A stretch of 49,226 nucleotides of DNA from contig JYFJ02002896.1 of NCBI GenBank assembly GCA_000934665.2, positions 1 to 49,226 on the forward strand. The letters are read 5' to 3'. The notes beneath the pieces were generated by a model that was not told the DNA's origin, ran no database searches, and saw only the letters and a list, made by a program, of their open reading frames with translations. Shown piece after piece: positions 1 through 10,400 of this stretch (position 1 is the stretch's first letter; the number at the start of each line of letters is the position of its first letter). Position numbers and translations under genes: made by a program. This DNA is from Catajapyx aquilonaris. Taxonomy: Eukaryota.

Positions 1-636
1 GAAATTGCATTTCGCGGGGTAGGTTACCTTTCCTGTGAAATACCATCATTTCAGTTTTATTTAGATTGATACTTAATCCTTTAACATCTAAATAATTTGC
101 TAATCTATCCAAGGCTCTTTGAAGATAAATTTGTTTATCAGCCAAAAGCACTAAATCATCCGCAAATTGTAAGCAGTGCAGGTCATTCGTATTTGGGCCA
201 AAATGTACTCCAGGGACCTCATTGTTGTCCCAGAGTTCAGCTATATCCGCTAAAAATAAATTGAATAATATAGGTGATAGTCTTTCGCCCTGTAGCACTC
301 CTCTAGTTATTCTGATTTTTGGTCCGTTGTCAATTTCTCATTATTGTGGCCGTCCCATAGATCGCACGAATCAGCTGTAGAAATCTTCCTCCCAAACCCA
401 AGCTGGTAAGTTTGCGGAATAATTTATCATGAGATATGTTGTCAAATGCCTTGGTTAGGTCGATGAAGGCTGTGTAGAGTTTACCTTTCGGTTTGACCGT
501 GTACTTCTGGATTAAAATATTTAGTGTGAATAAATGGTCCATTGTGCTTCTACCAGGGCGAAAACCTGCTTGGAATTCCGGCAGAATATTCCAATCTCTT
601 ACCCATTTCCTTAATCTATCGTCCATCATAGCCATG
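1..636 (-). mobile_element. Non-LTR retrotransposon (LINE) reverse transcriptase fragment, 5'-truncated and frameshifted, running off the window start
   Basis: The minus strand reads DDRLRKW..ILPEFQAGFRPGRSTMDHLFTL..AFIDLTKAFDNISHDKL. After a frameshift near 330 it continues RGVLQGERLSPILFNLFLADI..CLQFADDLVLLA..GLSINLNKTEMMVF. These are the QxGFR, DxxKAFD, GVxQG..LSP and [Y/F]ADD motifs of LINE RT domains. Confidence 0.95.
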
Positions 637-638
637 AC

Positions 639-2668
639 ATGGAGATCAACATGGATGTACTGAAGCTCAACCCTGGGGTATTCTCGATGAAAGTGAAGGT
701 GCTGCGAGGCAAAGACATCCCGCAACCCCTAAGAAGCTTCGCCCAAATGGATCTGAGTCCCGTCCTGTGCCAAAGTCTGAAGCAACATAAGATGAAAGTG
801 CCAACCTCCATTCAGAGCCATGTGATTCCCACTTTGATCCAAGGCCGGGATCTCATGTTGTGTGCTCCGAGAGGATTAGGAAAGAGCATGGCCTACTTGC
901 TCCCCATTCTGAACAGCACCTTTGACGTTATGGAGAGGACTCAGCCAGCGACGAAGATCAGTCCGACAGTCCTGGTGTTGTCCCCAACTAGGGAGGAGGC
1001 AACTCGGATATACTACAAAATCATGAAGTGGACGTACTACTCGCAAATGAAGACAGTCCTCTTGTGTGGCGGGGTTTACAACTTTCATAAGGCCAGGAAG
1101 TTGGAGGGAGGTGGTCACATCATTGTGGCCACTCCAGGTAGACTCATCTACTTCATTGAAAAGGAGAAGATCAGCTTCCAGCAGATCAAATGCCTCATTA
1201 CAGTTGATGCGAGCATGCTCCAACATGCAATGTCCACCGTAGAGATCAATGATAAGATCCTGCAGCACAGCTCCATGCCGCCCAAGGTAAAGATAATTTC
1301 CGCTTGTTGGTGGACGTCAATGACTGTTACCAAGCTGTTACCTATTTACAGAGCCAGCGCTTAAATGTGCTTCTAGCGACCACAATTCCTGACGAGAATA
1401 TCCAAAGCACATTCCTGCAGGACGACTTCGTTTCTCTCAGCATTGGTGGTGGCGCCAACGTGATTCAAACATTCTACCAGGTACGTAACGCAACTATTGG
1501 AAGTACTCTTGGAGGCAAAAATGCAGTAACAATATTTCTACTGGGTTTTTTCATTAGCTGAAGTGTACTGAGAAGAAGAACAAACTGCTCCAGATCCTGA
1601 GAGAGAAGAAAAAGACGGACCATACTATCATTCTGGTAGGATCAAAGTGCGCTGCAGATGCCCTGCCCACGATGCTGCTCCAGAATGGATTTTGCACGTT
1701 TGGGATACATTCAGACTCCGACAAGACCTCAGTCAATTGTGCTGTTCGCATGTTCGTCAACGGAAGGCAGCCCATCCTCGTTACCACGTCCTTTATCCTC
1801 AGCTTTTGTGAGTCCTAGCATAAGCAGTCACGTACTTCATGCATGTTAATGTAAGGAATGGGTTGTGCTTATTTGGTGATTTTTCTACTATCTTTGAAGG
1901 ACTTACATGGAAAGAAAAAGTGAGTCGATGCATACTCTCATTTCAAGTCTGGACTGGCAGCTTTGTTACAATTTATTTGCTGACTTGCACAGTAATAATA
2001 ATAATAATAGTAATAATAATAGTAGTTTATTAACCTCCTTTTAGGTAAACCCCATAACAGGAGGGGGAAGCGTTTACAAAGTAATCTCAGCGTGTTTCAA
2101 TAATCTTGTGGCTTGTACAAAGTATGAATATAGCTGATACAGGATGTGGGGGGGTGGGTCTTGTAACAATGCATACACTTTGTCCGGGGGGACTCTAGGC
2201 CAGTCATTGAGGTGTGTTTGTCGACTTGCACAGTAATGACAATGTCAGTCCAAACTTTAACATATCAGAGTATGGTCCAATGTGTTCAAATGAAAAATGT
2301 ACAAGTCATGCTTATTATTGTTTCGTTGTAGACCTGAAGGAGGTGGCTCCTGTCCACATCATAAATTTTGACATGCCAAGAAACATAGAGGAGTACCTGA
2401 AACGCCTTGGACTCACCAGGTGCCTGAGCACCACTGTTGGCGAAGCCATAAGTTTTGTCGAATCCCCAAGGGATGACCACCTCATCTACCCCTTGCTCCG
2501 CCTCCTTAAAGATGTGAGTGGGTCTCTCGTGTTCATACCAGAAGTGTGTTCATGCGTTTTCTTGTGCAGGAGGGAGATGACATCCCGGATTTCCTGATTG
2601 AGCTGGCCAAACAGGGTGGATCGTCTGGGCCAAACATACACCAAATGTCTTTCTGCCCAAGTTCATGA
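639..2668 (+). CDS. Divergent Vasa/DDX4-DDX3-like DEAD-box RNA helicase homolog with degenerate catalytic motifs (~435 aa; 5' end possibly cut by the LINE)
   Basis: Exons 639-1286, 1352-1480, 1558-1807, 2332-2513, 2570-2668, all GT-AG with a continuous frame (1308 nt). Retained: Q motif (F..MDL..PTSIQ), GRDLMLCAPRGLGKS (motif I), LSPTRE (Ia), GG doublet, IIVATPGRL (Ib), IINFDMPRNIEEY, IPDFL. Segments such as SMPPK/SQR, VIQTFYQ, GIHSD and PILVTT are colinear with Vasa/PL10 proteins. Confidence 0.85.
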
Positions 2669-2816
2669 TCTGAAGAGGGTCGATGGAGCTTTCTGTGGAA
2701 ATTGACAATTTTACTTTGAGACAAACAGTTTTCATGCCAAAACATGCCGTTAGCTTTGCTGACAGCTTCCTTTCCTGCACAGACAAAGGGAATAGGCGAG
2801 AAATAGGCGTAGATAA

Positions 2817-3515
2817 CCGCGGTTCCCCATAACGCGCGTAATGGGCCGAATGTAAAGTCCATTTTTGCCATTTTTCAGGAGAGCAGTTTGAAAGTTTCAA
2901 ATAATGTTTGACGTACCTTTCGTTGACATTGGAGTCTCGGTAATTTTTCTGTGGTATCACTACTATTGTAAGTTAATGATTGTAATGTAAATATGGAGTA
3001 TCTAGTGCCTACAATGCAGGAGAAAAAAATAATTACCGCCTTGGACTTCTGGCCTGTAGAAATTTTAATTTTAATTTTTTAACCACTTAAGTGAGGAAAT
3101 ACAGGGAAATAATATCTCCTAAATTAATTTTAGTCCCTTAATTATGCCTGAATGTGATGACAATAATTCTAAATTGATTTTTTTAAAGGCCTTTTTTGGA
3201 CTTATCAACATCTAGCCCGAAATTTCTCTTCAGTGCTAAGAGTATCCCGAAAAGGGGACTTGTAATCATCTGGCTGGGATAAAACATTTTTCTATGAAAA
3301 TATGCCGGATAGAGGCCTAGAATTTGCCCTTATCTCAAAAACCGTCAAAAATGGACTTAGCAACTTCTGGTTCTAGCTTCTTCAATTTGCATATTCGAAC
3401 TGTGTCAGTGAGGAATTCCCTCGCATCTTGCACAGTCATTGGTTCTCCCGAGTGGCGCATCATTTAATAGCGTTCAAGATTTCAAGTGGACATTACGCAG
3501 TGATGAAACGATACA
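2817..3515. mobile_element. Degenerate non-autonomous TIR DNA-transposon remnant (possibly Sola-like)
   Basis: The left end CCATAACGCGCGTAATG partly pairs with GGACATTACGC near 3488-3498, and the interior is AT-rich and non-coding. Boundaries are approximate and the superfamily call is from memory only. Confidence 0.35.
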
Positions 3516-4124
3516 TAAAATTGCCAGAAAAACACCTAAAACCCAATAAAACACGTGTGGGGTTGGTTTAAAAAAAAACGGGTTTTTTTCAACGTTTTCT
3601 TCCAACCCTGACAGGTGCCTGACAGGTTGTAAAACAGGTTGTGAACACGCCTGACCTCTGACGGATTTTCACCTGAAAATGGGGCCCAAGAAAGCAGCGT
3701 CCGGAATACCGCGGCATACTATGTAATTCTAGGTACCGGCTTGCCAAAGAGTAATAAAAGCCCTAATTTTTTTAAAAATAACCCACCACCGACAATTTAC
3801 CCAATGTGATTTACCTGTATATGAAACACACGCATGTGTTAGTATGGCAAAATAATAGTTACATTGTAGAGGACTGTAATATATAATAGCTGTTAATATT
3901 AGCTTGTTTGATAGATGTGGTGCACATTTAAGACACTTCTTTCGCAATTTGTCGATTTATCATGGAGAATGAGCGCAAAATGGTCACACAGAGCCCATGA
4001 AACACACAAGACACTTCAATAGGATGTGCGAAGGTTGTTTGAAAGCATCAATCAGGCTAAAAAATATTAATAGCTAATTTAAATTTCTATCTATATCGAG
4101 CGTAGCTGCTATATTGGCATACTA

Positions 4125-4135
4125 CAAAATGGCGG
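4125..4135 (+). promoter_or_regulatory. YY1/Pho-type motif (CAAAATGGCGG) in the probable NFXL1 promoter/5' region
   Basis: The motif lies upstream of a putative non-coding exon ending at 4314 (CAAG|GTATGC). That exon would splice through intron 4315-4388 (TCTTGTAG) just before the ATG at 4401. Confidence 0.4.
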
Positions 4136-4400
4136 ATGGACACCATGTCTATGTAATATATTTTGATGGTTTGCATCGTGGCCCTATGTGGAACTGGAAC
4201 TATCTGAGTATCACATCAGCAGTTGCACATTCGGAGGACCGTGTTCGGAGGTCTCGTGCATAATGTGCTGCGCTGGTGTTGTGAAGGAGTGAAGGCGCAC
4301 TTGTGTAGTGCAAGGTATGCATAGGGCTGCTGGGACAGGGTTAGTCTTGAATGGTGTGGAACTTGCTAGAAATTTTATTTTCTTGTAGTCAAAACTTGTG

Positions 4401-7400
4401 ATGGAATGGCGAGGAAGAGGTGTTGGGAGAGGGAGAGGTGCCAGGAGAGGAAGAGCAGTTGGGAATCTATGGGTTTCCGATCCAGATGAGCTGCCTGTTG
4501 GTCAGAGGTCCAACAATGGTGTGTGGAGAGAAGGTGCCAGAAGTCGCGGAGCGGTTCCGCTAGATGATTTGAGAAGGAGCGCAGCAAAGGCAACAGAGCT
4601 GCAGAAAGACATGAGAGGAGAACATGAAGCAGATAATGCTATTGATATGGATGACTTGGCTTCATCCAATCCAGATGGGCTGCCTGTTGGTCAGAGGTCC
4701 AGCAATGGTGTGGGTAGAGGAGCAGATAGATTTTGCCGAACGGTTCAGCAACAGGAAGTGAGATCGGGGCCAGGGAAGAAAACGAAGCTGCAGAAAGACA
4801 GGAGAGGAGAACATGAGGCAGATAATTGTATTGATATGGATGACTTGGCAACAACCAATCCAGATGACAAGCCCGATTATGATGATTCTTCCTCTGAAGA
4901 GGAATTAGATGTCAAGGGAGTATTGAGTAAGTTAATATAACAATTATTGGGTAAGAGGTTTTTAAAAAAAAGCCTAGTTGCAAGGTTCCATGCAATGGTC
5001 TGAATGTTTAGCTCCGTCTGTACTGTTCATGTTAATATGAAGTCAGTTCAATGTATTCTATTTGAGAAATTAATTTTAAAACTTGCCAAAAATCATAAAA
5101 ATTGAAGCAACTGACTTGAAATAACTCTCTGTAAGACTATTGATTTTAAAAACGTGTACTCTTTTAAATGCTGCTCTCTGTGTGACTTTGCAGGATTTTT
5201 TTCATACTAGGCAAAAAATTCTGACATTGCCCAAATACCCTTTTTGTGGTAGAAAGTTAAGATTCTAGTGATACAAAAGTGAAAGAGTGACACAAAAACC
5301 ACGTTTCTTTTTAGAAAAGTACTTGAGTTTTACCCTTTAACTCCCACTATCCTGATATTCTGGATAACAGAAAAATCGCTGTACCCTGAGTGTCAAGGTC
5401 ATGATGTTAATACTTGAGATGTCGTTGGAATCGTTACAATATAAGCTTCATCTGACAAACATTTGATATTTTAAAGTCAACTAGGAAAACCCTCACTCCG
5501 CTCGCATTTTTCTAGGGCACAGGCCTAGAAAACCACTCGCTTCGCTCGCTCATTTTTAGACCTGCGGCTTGCGGTGTAGGCCATGTTATTAATGATGCTC
5601 ATCCGATAATTATCAGCATCATACCCCCCTCCCCAGACCTCCTTCCCGCCTGCCTCCCCCGCCTCCTTATATTAACCCTTTGACGGCTAATGCCTGGTTG
5701 CACCAACAAAATTACCTGTCCGATAGCTCCTAACGGACCCATAGCCCATGTTAAAAGGTCTACCTATCTGTCCGTTAGGAGCTGTCGGTTAGGAGCTATC
5801 GGACTGGTGAAGGGGGGACACATGGGGGGCACAGGTAGGGTGGGTGGAGAAGGGGAAAAGGTCCCGGTGCGGGAGAGACGGAAAAAACCGACCTTCACCC
5901 GCGGAGGTCAACATGCAACTGAACAGGTCCCACCCCCATTGCGCATGCTGGGAACGGGGGCCAATCGGAGGCGTCATGGTAACAATGCGTCTTGAATACG
6001 TCGCAGTAACAATGGACGGGGGCTAATAGGAAGCGGTGGCTGCAACAATATGGGGGCGGACCAATCAGAGGGCATATATACACAACGCAAGCATTTTAAT
6101 ATTATAGATGACTTGGTTATAAAATGTTGATGTGAAAAAAATTCACAAAAATTTGAATTCGCACCATTATCTAGCTCTTCGAAGTGCAATAATGCTTACA
6201 TGGAGTGAGAAACTGTTCGTGTGCATGACTCAGGTCCTCTTCTTTACAGCGCATGAGTTTGACATGTTTAGGTAAAGCGATAAGACGGTAAAAAAAAGAG
6301 GGTTACAGTTGCCTGCGCTCGTGTCCGATTCAATGCAGCGTTGCCTTACATTTCCTTCCTTATGCTAAATTAACCCATGAGAACGTTTTGGGAGTTGAAG
6401 CAAGTAATTATTGGCATTATTTAGTTACATTATGGTGAAAAACAAGGCATAACAAAGTACGTAATTAGAAAATACCGAATGACATGGCATCCATCTTTGA
6501 TATAGATAACAGTAATTTCTGATTTTCACAATTTATTTCCTAAACTGTAATGAATGGTCATTAATTTCTTTACTCTCATTGGGCCGATTTAGTGAACGAC
6601 TATGAAACACGGATGAAACATTTCTGGACTTTGAATTTTGGTCGTTACAGTTGATTCATTGGAATAGTTAATGAAAGAATGCAATAAATGTCCCCCCATA
6701 GCCAATTGTCAATAGCTAGCTCTGGTTAAAAGGTTGGTTTTGGTGGCCTTGAGGGCAAGGAAAAAAAGACGACTGACTCATCCAGATGTGGCCGATGACA
6801 AGGCGGGGGTTTAAAATATAATATAATCCCACCTGGGTGAAATTCCTCATGGCGGTAGATAAAGGGTTAAACAGCAGAATTCTTTTTGCTGCTTTCGGGA
6901 TGGGTGCAATGCCCATCTTATTAGGGCTAATCTGTGAGGGTAGAAAATCTCCACCCAAGTGTATGGGGTGCTTTCGTGTGCTAAAGGCTACAATAAAGAT
7001 GCTTTATACTTTTGATACCATCCTGCTCATAGCTCTTTACGTGTTATGTGTTGAATTATTCTCTTTCTCAATTTCATGCCAGAAATTTATGCTGGCTAGA
7101 GTGTTCATTTTTTAAATATTTTTCAGACAAAATGGTAGGAGCTAGTGGACTCTCCCCAGCGGAAGATGGCCTGGGTCGAACAACAAAGTTTTTGATGGAT
7201 GGTGTTACATCACGAGCAACTATTTGCTTAATATGCATATCTTCTGTAAGGCGCATCGAACAAGTAGGTGTTGGACATGTCTACAACATGGTTCTCTATT
7301 TTATTGCAGCAGGTGTATTACTTGTTGCCTGCATAATAATGGGGAGCTTAGTGCCAAAAATTATCTTAACAACTGCTGCCATTTCATTTGCACATATTGT

Positions 7401-10400
7401 ACATACAAAATGTGGTGGGAAGAGATGTTTACATAATGTAAAACAAAACGAGTCAGCATTTTACGTATTTATTTAATTCAATTAATTAATTTAATGTAAT
7501 TATCATCTTTTATGCTTATTCTGGGTGTAATTTTCAGGTGTGGAATTGTAAGGAATGCTACGTTACTCTACATTTACTATGCATCAAACGTTGGGCAACT
7601 GATTCCATGTATCACCAGATGACACTGAATGAGCAGGAACCAGCTGCATTCAAAAATGTGCAATGGAGCTGGCAAGTTACTGACCAATATGTTTTAAGTT
7701 TGTGACTAGATCTTATGGATCAGTAGGGTATAGGGAAGGAGAATGCCTAACCTGTTGAGGGCCACTTCCATCATATGATGGTCTGCGGATGTTTAAATTT
7801 GGCACGCTAAAATATGCACAGAGAATTCGAACTTTGTGGTTCCAAATTTGGTTCATTATACTGGCATCTCTTGGATGGTGACTAAACTACCATGACATCC
7901 CCCACAATGCACTGGGTGGGACCCAAGCTGAGTCAAACATGCCAAGGCCATGCCATCTTCCATTTTCATAATTAAGTTAATTGCACACCTCTGTTATATC
8001 GGCTGTTTATAATCCGAATTGCTTCGCGAATGTACCGACGGAAAGCCAGAAATGTGCGTGATAAAATTACATAGTGCTACACTAAAAAATTTTAACGTAT
8101 TTAAAAGTATTGCCGTCTATTTTCGCCAGAAATCGGGCTGAGTACTTGTCTATTAAACTTACTAAAACAATACTTAAATTTTAGTGTAATAGAGCGCAAT
8201 GTAATTTTATCACGCACATTTCTGGCTTGCCGTCGATACATTCGCGAAGTAATTCGGATGAGAAACGGCCGAGATAACTGAGGTGTGCAATTAACTTAAT
8301 TATGATTACACATAGTTGCAATTTCTAAGTTTCAAATATATCATTAGAAAGACAAAGATTTGCACTATCTGTGGTTCACAGGGGGGAATTTTTTGGCCTC
8401 CGAAAAGTGCCATAAAAACTCATTTTGCGGAGTAACGTCGGCAACTATAGTCAAAAAATGGCACCTTTCATTGTTGTTCCCGGCATTCCAAACCCGGTTT
8501 ATTTCCGATAACGGCTGGCAATCGGGCCGTCAGATGTGAACCGAGTTTAAACCGTATCCATGGTTTACTTTTGCCTCGAGAAATGGAAATTTCTCTGAAC
8601 TGGGTTCAAACCGGACTTGAACCTTGTTTACATTTGAACCACTGTTCGAGAAATCGGCCCTCAGTCCCCAATTATTCAGAATCCCCAGTAGTGCCTGGGA
8701 ACTCTGAAAACTAGCACTCAGGAAGTTAAATCTGAGTCAGTGTTATAGAAAACACGATAGTTATGGAATTCCAAGTTCCAGGACTCATAATTCTTGGTTT
8801 CATAGCGGCATGTAAACATAGTCATTGTAGGAATAGTCCGGGCCCTAAGCGTCTTAACCTTGCACTTGTGATAAGAAGGTGCCACTTGGCGCATATGTTC
8901 CTTAGGCCTATATAGGAGCAATTCCAGAGTTGCAGGCAACTGATCGGCCCCTTAGGTCACGAGTAATGCGGTGTTGCCAACATGGCCTGGGATGACCTGA
9001 GCGTTTTTAACGTTGCATTTTGTGATAAGAAGCTGCCGCTTGGCACATATGTTCCCTAGGTGTGTAGGAGTCATTTGAGAGATGGTGGCACTTGATCGGC
9101 TCCTTAGGTCAGGAGTTATGCGGTGTTGCCAACCTGGTCCTGGACCTAAGCGTTTTGAACCATTTTTAACTTTGCATTTTGGGATTTTGGCAAGCATGTT
9201 CCCCAGGCCTAGAGGTTCCATTTGAGAGTTGGCGGCACCTGATCTGCCCCTTAGGTCACGAGTTATGCGGTTATGCTTAGGTTCCGGACCAGGTTGGAAA
9301 CACCGCATAACTCCTGACTTAAGGAGCGGATCAAGGGCCGCCATCTCTCAAATTACTCCTACAGACCTAGGGAACATGTCTGCCAAGTGGAACCTCCTCA
9401 TCACAAAGTGCCGAGTTAAAACGCTTAGTTCCCTGATCAGGTTGGCAACACCGCATAACTCGTGACCTAAGGGGCCGATCAGTTGCCTGCAACTCTGGAA
9501 TTGCTCCTTTAGGCCTAAGGAACATATGTGCCAAGTGGCACCTTCTTATCACAAAGTGCAAGGTTAGGCCTGATTTTTGCGCTTAGGGCCCGGACTAGAA
9601 GAATGAGCTGGGAATTTCTGCAACCAGAGCAAAATAGTGTAGAACAGAAACTGGTTGCAGTAGAATATCATGCACACTTTAAAACAGGTAAGGGCCGGTT
9701 GCACGAACCGTTCCTAGCCCGCTCCTAGGAGCCCTCCTACGTAGGGGCCCCCTACGGGTGAGACCGCTCCTAGGTGGCCGAGGGTTGCACCAACCCAAAG
9801 TAGGAGGCATCCTACGTACGGGCCTTCCTTCCCTTGTTATCGGGCAGTCGCACCTGGCTTCCACACCCATCTTAATGAACTGGTTATTTATTAATAAAAT
9901 AACTGTTCTTCCATGCATTAAAATAATATTACACAGCTGGAGAATATGTTTCATACACTTAAAAACATAAATTAGCTTATTTAGTCATGCACGTGGTCGT
10001 GCATGACGCAATCCCGGCAGGCAAGTTTTGGGCCAAGGCAAGGAGCCCGAACAAGCCAAAATATGCAGCAAATTTTAGTGAGGCTGAGAAAAATTTAATT
10101 TTGGGTAGCGCTGTTTAATTTTATCACCCACATTTCTGGCTTGCCACCGAAACATTCGCGAAGTAAATCGGATGACAAACGGCCGAGATAGCAGAGGCTT
10201 GCAATATACTTAATTGTGATTGCCCAAATGGTAATTTCTAAATTTTAAATATATGGTCAGATAGAGAAAGATTTGCACTATCCAGGGTTCACAGGAAAAC
10301 CTTTGTGGCCTCCGGTAAGTGTCGAATAAAAAACCTTTTTTGGCAATGTATCAACGTATCAAAAAAATACACCTTTCCTCCACCTTTTGGGGATAAAAAA

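Noticed and set aside
330..725. RT next to a helicase suggesting a retron/DGR-like defence system or an RT-helicase fusion
   Set aside because: The RT is a frameshifted LINE fragment on the opposite strand, and the N-terminal ~30 aa of this ORF is just antisense of the helicase exon.
4398..4940. Stand-alone 180-aa RG-rich repeat protein
   Set aside because: It is better explained as the first coding exon of NFXL1, which splices in phase to 7127.
5672..6870. TTAA-CCCTTT ... AAAGGG-TTAA, a possible piggyBac-type element
   Set aside because: The inverted match is only ~6 bp beyond TTAA and no transposase is visible; too weak to call.
8834..9597. Regularly spaced repeats resembling a CRISPR array, plus ORFs 8952-9344 and 9229-9465
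   Set aside because: The spacers are themselves repeated and inverted, the context is a eukaryotic intron, and there are no cas genes; the ORFs are repeat translations.
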